Below are positions 59,431-64,000 of a stretch of 64,000 nucleotides of DNA, piece by piece. The position numbers and the translations under genes were made by a program. Origin of the DNA: Prevotella sp. (GTDB lineage: Bacteria > Bacteroidota > Bacteroidia > Bacteroidales > Dysgonomonadaceae); contig JAITVV010000081.1 of assembly GCA_031285625.1 (NCBI GenBank), forward strand, positions 96,001 through 160,000. Direction: 5' to 3'. Below the pieces are notes generated by a model. It saw only the letters and a list, made by a program, of their open reading frames with translations, was not told the DNA's origin and ran no database searches. How positions within the stretch are numbered: the stretch's first letter is position 1; every line of letters starts with the position of its first letter.

Positions 59431-59617
59431 AAAAGTAACAAAAGTAACAACTTCTGCATATGCTTTCCTGTTACTTTTTCTTTCTTTTGTCATCCTGAGG
59501 GACGAAGGATCTCTTCTTTCCCTGCTAACTGGGTCGAGATGCTTCCTTCGTCAGCATGACAAGAGCAGAAAAGGTGACAAAAGTAACAACTTTATACATG
59601 TTTTTATCTGTCACTTT
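59431..59617. repeat. composite repeat: two direct ~48-bp units flanking a REP-like doublet
   Basis: Units at 59431-59480 and 59569-59617 (AAA.GT.ACAAAAGTAACAACTT...CTGT.ACTTT); doublet TGTCATCCTGAGGGACGAAGGATCTC...GAGATGCTTCCTTCGTCAGCATGACA at 59488-59562. Confidence 0.75.
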
Positions 59618-59669
59618 CGGGTTTTAGTCAGTAACTTATAATAAGATAATTTTCGAGTTAAAAAGAGAC

Positions 59670-62231
59670 CTAGAATCCCATACCCAGCTGGAACATAAAA
59701 CGGCTGCCGTCTGTAGAGCCAAAGTAAGAGAATTTCCCCGTGAATTTGCGCAGTAGAGTTAGCCAGAATCCTCCTCCATAAGATGAGTGCCACATGTCAG
59801 AGTCATTTCCGGGATACCATACACGGCCGTGGTCTATGCCGACAAATAGCCCATAGTTGAGTGGTGTCAATGGATTTTCGAGTTTCCCCATATCCAGTCG
59901 TATATCCGAATATTGATAAAACGATTGCTTCCCGATAAAACGATTGTTACGATATCCTCTCAGTTCTGTTGTTGCAGCCTGAAAAAAGTCATATTTATCG
60001 GAAAATATAGCCTTACCTTTAAGCTGGGTGGCAAATGTAATGCGATCCGTTATTTTCAGGTTAATTCCAAATTTACCGGTTGCATAGGCAAAATTACGCT
60101 CCGGATCTTTAACATTTACAGTCCAGCCGGACGAAACAGAAAGTGAAACGGACGATACGAAGTGTTTCATCTTTTTATCTAACTCGTAAGTAGCCCCCAG
60201 ATCAACAAAATACCTGGAAGAGAAAATAGAATTATCATCCTCATAAAATTCGTTGATAAAGCGGTCTCTTTTCTTTGGATTCTTCACTTTATATGCTTCT
60301 ACCGAAGTGGAAATGTTAATGGTCTGATCTTTATTAATATTATAATATAAAGATGGTTTCAACATGTATTTATTAATGTTGACACGGTTGTAATTATTTT
60401 TCTCATTTTTATAACCATTGGTATTATTACCAAAGCCAAAGAAGTTGGTAAAATAAGAAGGGCTACCCAAAAGAGCCATTACATGCAGACTTTTCTTTTC
60501 ATCATAACTAGGGAAAATACCCTGATAAATAAAACCGTTGTTAAGGTCATAACTTAGCTGATGTCTTCTTGTATAAGGTGCACGCCTGAAACCATAAACA
60601 GTATAAGCCATAGATGTACCCAGGTTAAGTCCCATATCGGAGTCATATATTCCTATTGGGGTTATCGAAAATGAGGTATGGCGTAATTGTTGATAGTTAT
60701 AATCCAGAGCACTTTCATCATTCGGTATGATGACTTTTGCCTTGGAAATTTCCTTTAATTTTTCTTTTTCAGACTCAGATTCATAAATAAATACATTTTT
60801 TCCTTGTTGTACTTCGTAATCATTATCACCCTTGCCGCCAATCAACAGTACCGAAATATTTCGTTTCCTTTTGTTTACCTCAAAACTGTCGTCACCTCCC
60901 AATCCATACAACCAGATTTCCTTAGTATGCTTTGGCAGATATTTTTTATCCATGATCAGCTTATCTGTTTCTTTATCATATATGCGTATCTGCAATTCTT
61001 TATTTGGATTCTGGTCAATCACAATTTTTTCGCTCTTATTTGTTCCTGTGATAACCGGATTTTTTTGTAGAATGAAATAATACTTTAATGCCATTGCATC
61101 TAAATTCCGTCTTATTTTTTTCAGGTTTTCTTTTAGCCTGGTTACGTCATCACTTTGCATTTCTTCCGGTAATGTGAGGAATGCCCTATCTATTACCTCA
61201 TCGGTCAATTCGGCTTGTAATGTTTGTGCTTCAGCTTTCCATTCTGCAGCAGTACTATTCTGTGTGAGAGCAATGTCCAGGGGAAGAGCAAGGCCGTTAG
61301 CTTTCTTTAAATTCTTTATGTGGGCATCGTAGTTTGTAATAAACCCGACTCCCAGCATACCAAGCAGCTCTTTGAATAAGAATCCGTCTACCTTTGAGAA
61401 AGCATGACTTCTGTCGATAACCTGTGGCATATAAGAAAGAGAGTCCCCATCTAAGGATGGTATCCAATACCAGTTTTCGGATACTTTATTCCAGTCTCCT
61501 ATCAGCATATCGAATAATCGCATCTTTATGTATGACTTCTGATCGATCTTAGCGTAGCCGGTGTGCAGGCTATCTAGCAAAGCATCTACATTGGTAAGTA
61601 CATTCCGGTCTTTTAGATCAGGTAATTGAGAGATACTTACCAATCTGTTTCTTAAATAATTATCCTTTAATATTGAATCCGTATCTGCATTTTCCATCAT
61701 ATAATAAATATGGGAATCCATAGAACAGATATCTGCCGATTTTGCCAGGTTTTCAGAAACCATAAACATATAAGGGTGCACAATTGTATATGCTTCTGTT
61801 ATAAAATCATTCAGGTATGTATCTTTAAAGTCTTCGTGGCGGTATACATCTCTGAAAAACTTGGATTCCAGAAAGCTTGAAGATCCTCCAAGGGGTTTTA
61901 ATAAGTATAATTGGTTTCTGTTATTTTCCAAGATAAAAGCATGTAGCATTGGACGTTGATTGATAATTGATAAGCCCGAAGAACTTAGAGAAGCTGCCTT
62001 AGCCTTTATCGGTTTATAGTAAAGATCCCTGTAATGCTTTCCCCAAGCCCAGTTATAAAATGAGCCATGCTTTTTCAATTCATTTGTATAAACAGACTTC
62101 TTCACCGTTTCTCCTATTCGAACAGGGATTGTATCATCTAAATTATTTTCTTGCGCAGGTAGAGTAACAGGAAAAGCGAATAATCCTGCCAAAAAAATAA
62201 TAGAAATAAAATATTTAATGAGATTAAGCAA
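59670..62231 (-). CDS. secreted protein: degenerate kinase-like domain, Gly-rich repeat and C-terminal Omp85/ShlB-like beta-barrel
   Basis: WGKHYR, RLFDMLIGDW, DRSHAF, YGLGGDD/IGGKGDN, LRGYRNNRF, DHGRVW, terminal LGMGF. Confidence 0.7.
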   Translation of the reverse strand: MLNLIKYFISIIFLAGLFAFPVTLPAQENNLDDTIPVRIGETVKKSVYTNELKKHGSFYNWAWGKHYRDLYYKPIKAKAASLSSSGLSIINQRPMLHAFILENNRNQLYLLKPLGGSSSFLESKFFRDVYRHEDFKDTYLNDFITEAYTIVHPYMFMVSENLAKSADICSMDSHIYYMMENADTDSILKDNYLRNRLVSISQLPDLKDRNVLTNVDALLDSLHTGYAKIDQKSYIKMRLFDMLIGDWNKVSENWYWIPSLDGDSLSYMPQVIDRSHAFSKVDGFLFKELLGMLGVGFITNYDAHIKNLKKANGLALPLDIALTQNSTAAEWKAEAQTLQAELTDEVIDRAFLTLPEEMQSDDVTRLKENLKKIRRNLDAMALKYYFILQKNPVITGTNKSEKIVIDQNPNKELQIRIYDKETDKLIMDKKYLPKHTKEIWLYGLGGDDSFEVNKRKRNISVLLIGGKGDNDYEVQQGKNVFIYESESEKEKLKEISKAKVIIPNDESALDYNYQQLRHTSFSITPIGIYDSDMGLNLGTSMAYTVYGFRRAPYTRRHQLSYDLNNGFIYQGIFPSYDEKKSLHVMALLGSPSYFTNFFGFGNNTNGYKNEKNNYNRVNINKYMLKPSLYYNINKDQTINISTSVEAYKVKNPKKRDRFINEFYEDDNSIFSSRYFVDLGATYELDKKMKHFVSSVSLSVSSGWTVNVKDPERNFAYATGKFGINLKITDRITFATQLKGKAIFSDKYDFFQAATTELRGYRNNRFIGKQSFYQYSDIRLDMGKLENPLTPLNYGLFVGIDHGRVWYPGNDSDMWHSSYGGGFWLTLLRKFTGKFSYFGSTDGSRFMFQLGMGF

Positions 62232-62300
62232 TGTAATGTCTTTAAATGTTATTGTATTGAAACAACAAACTTAAATAAAAGATCACTATTTTATTTAAAT

Positions 62301-62891
62301 TTATTCCAATTGTTTGATTACTTTGCATGGATTTCCAGCTGCAAGGCAGTTAGCAGGGATAGATTTTGTAACCACACTACCTGCTCCTATTGTGCTATTA
62401 TCGCCAATAGTAACTCCCGGCAATATAACTGCACCTCCTCCTATCCATACATTAGAGCCAATGGTTACCGGAGCAGTAGATGCCTTCCAAAAAGACGGAG
62501 CATCATTATCTCCATCGTTATATGACAAACGTTCCCTGGGCTTTACAGGATGAGTGACGGCATATATCTGCACATTAGGACCTATACCGGAATTGTTGCC
62601 TATTGTGATGTTGTTACAATCCAGAAATACGCAATTCATATTTATCTCGCAGTTGTCGCCAATATGTATATTATCGCCATAATCTACAAAAAACGGTGCG
62701 GAAATCCAGACATTTTTTCCTCTTGAGCCAATCAGCTGATCCAATATTTTGTCTAATAATTTTTTATCAGTTGTGTCTGCCTGATTGTATTCCTTCATTA
62801 GCTTCTTAGCCAAATGCCAACGTGTTATTAGTTCTTCATCTCCGGCATCATACATTTCCCCAGCTAACATTTTTTCTTTCTCTGTTTTCAT
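62301..62891 (-). CDS. sugar O-acetyltransferase (maltose/galactoside Maa-like)
   Basis: KTEKEKMLAGE, PFFVDYG, hexapeptide repeats, AAGNPCKVIK. Confidence 0.92.
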   Translation of the reverse strand: MKTEKEKMLAGEMYDAGDEELITRWHLAKKLMKEYNQADTTDKKLLDKILDQLIGSRGKNVWISAPFFVDYGDNIHIGDNCEINMNCVFLDCNNITIGNNSGIGPNVQIYAVTHPVKPRERLSYNDGDNDAPSFWKASTAPVTIGSNVWIGGGAVILPGVTIGDNSTIGAGSVVTKSIPANCLAAGNPCKVIKQLE

Positions 62892-62894
62892 CTT

Positions 62895-64000
62895 TTAATG
62901 TATTAGAGTGATTAATAATAAGCCTGTACATACAGCACCAACTGTGGCAATGAGTCCGGGAAGCATAAATGAGTGGTTAACGATCCACCTGCCTATGCGG
63001 GTTGTGCCTGTGCGGTCAAAGTTGATTGCTGCCACCACTGTAGGGTAGTTGGGAAGAAAGAAATATCCGTTTACTGTCGGAAAAAGGGCAATAAGCATCC
63101 ATGGAGATATGCCTAACAAAATACCGAGAGGCATCAATGCCCTAACAGTTGCAGCCTGACTATACAAAAGGATAGACATGACGAACAGGGCTACACCAAA
63201 TATCCAGGGCATAGATGTTACAATCCCTTCGATAGAATAACGCAACTGAGCCATATTTCCATTTATGAATGTGTCTCCCATCCATGCTATTCCAAAGATG
63301 GCTACTACAGCCTGCATACCTGCAATGAAGACAGAGCCTTGTGCCGCAGCAATTCCGTTTGTACGTGTAAGAAGTAAGATAAGTGCTGCTGCGGATAGCA
63401 TCAGTATTTCGATAATAATAGGCATCTCGAGAGAGTTGCCTCCTATTACCCGTAGGCCCTCTATGGATCCGAAAAGTATAATTAAGACTGTAGCGAGAAT
63501 AAATATCAGCACCGAAAGTCCTGCCTTACTTATCAGGTTTGACTCAACCTGTGCCGATGTTTTATCGTGTTTGAACATCCCTGCTTCAAGGCGTTGCAGG
63601 TATTCGGGATCTTCATGAAGTTCTTTCCCCATACGCATACTGAATAATGCACCAAGTAAGATACCGACCAGAGTGGACGGAATTGTGATCATCAGAATAT
63701 CCAGAAGGGTTATATCAAATCCAGCCAGCATACTCAATAATGCAACTGTAGCTGCAGATATCGGGCTGGCAGTTATAGCCTGTTGGGAGGCAATCACTGC
63801 TATGGATAGTGGGCGCTCGGGACGTATTTTTGTTTCACGGGCAACTTCTGCTATTACAGGCAATACGGAGTATGCTACATGTCCTGTTCCGGCAACGAAT
63901 GTAAACAGATAAGTAACGATAGGACTGAGCAAGGTGATGCGTTGCGGATGTTTACGTAAAAACTTTTCAGCTAAGGCAACCATCAGGTCGAGGCCTCCTG
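62895..64000 (-). CDS. dcuA: anaerobic C4-dicarboxylate transporter (DcuA/DcuB family), 5' end beyond window
   Basis: GGLDLMV, AGTGHV, RPERP, ASQQAITASPISAA, FDRTGTTRIG, NHSF. Confidence 0.88.
   Translation of the reverse strand, partial: GGLDLMVALAEKFLRKHPQRITLLSPIVTYLFTFVAGTGHVAYSVLPVIAEVARETKIRPERPLSIAVIASQQAITASPISAATVALLSMLAGFDITLLDILMITIPSTLVGILLGALFSMRMGKELHEDPEYLQRLEAGMFKHDKTSAQVESNLISKAGLSVLIFILATVLIILFGSIEGLRVIGGNSLEMPIIIEILMLSAAALILLLTRTNGIAAAQGSVFIAGMQAVVAIFGIAWMGDTFINGNMAQLRYSIEGIVTSMPWIFGVALFVMSILLYSQAATVRALMPLGILLGISPWMLIALFPTVNGYFFLPNYPTVVAAINFDRTGTTRIGRWIVNHSFMLPGLIATVGAVCTGLLLITLIH

Noticed and set aside
63831-63846. TGTTTCACGGGCAACT as a third parS
   Set aside because: Only one half-site matches and it lies within the dcuA coding sequence.

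Overview
AT-rich, mostly core-genome window from a Bacteroidales chromosome. The gene set, the TAnnTTTG promoters and the QVTIGS...LPRV surface-protein family look Dysgonomonas-like (inference). It carries housekeeping genes (dacB, cutC, mnmG, apt, uvrC, dtd, polyprenyl synthetase, polA, ychF, sppA, lpxK, PNP, thiL, valS, dcuA) interspersed with lipoproteins, transporters and glycosylation genes. It appears to span the replication origin: two parS sites follow mnmG, and a DnaA-box cluster at 35.6-36.1 kb lies where gene orientation diverges. No rRNA, tRNA, CRISPR array, transposase or prophage was seen. Main observations: (1) three GC-rich REP-like palindromes are translated in-frame inside valS; (2) a ~590-nt promoter-to-terminator unit with no sizeable ORF, many hairpins and repeated CAGAAC motifs lies divergent from ychF (candidate long regulatory RNA); (3) a deoC/thiD junction truncates both genes; (4) several families of nested intergenic palindromic repeats; (5) tandem GT-C-like membrane glycosyltransferase paralogues plus dispersed GtrA/ArnT/GT11 genes; (6) several apparent pseudo-enzymes or point lesions. 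All family calls come from motif recognition, not database searches.
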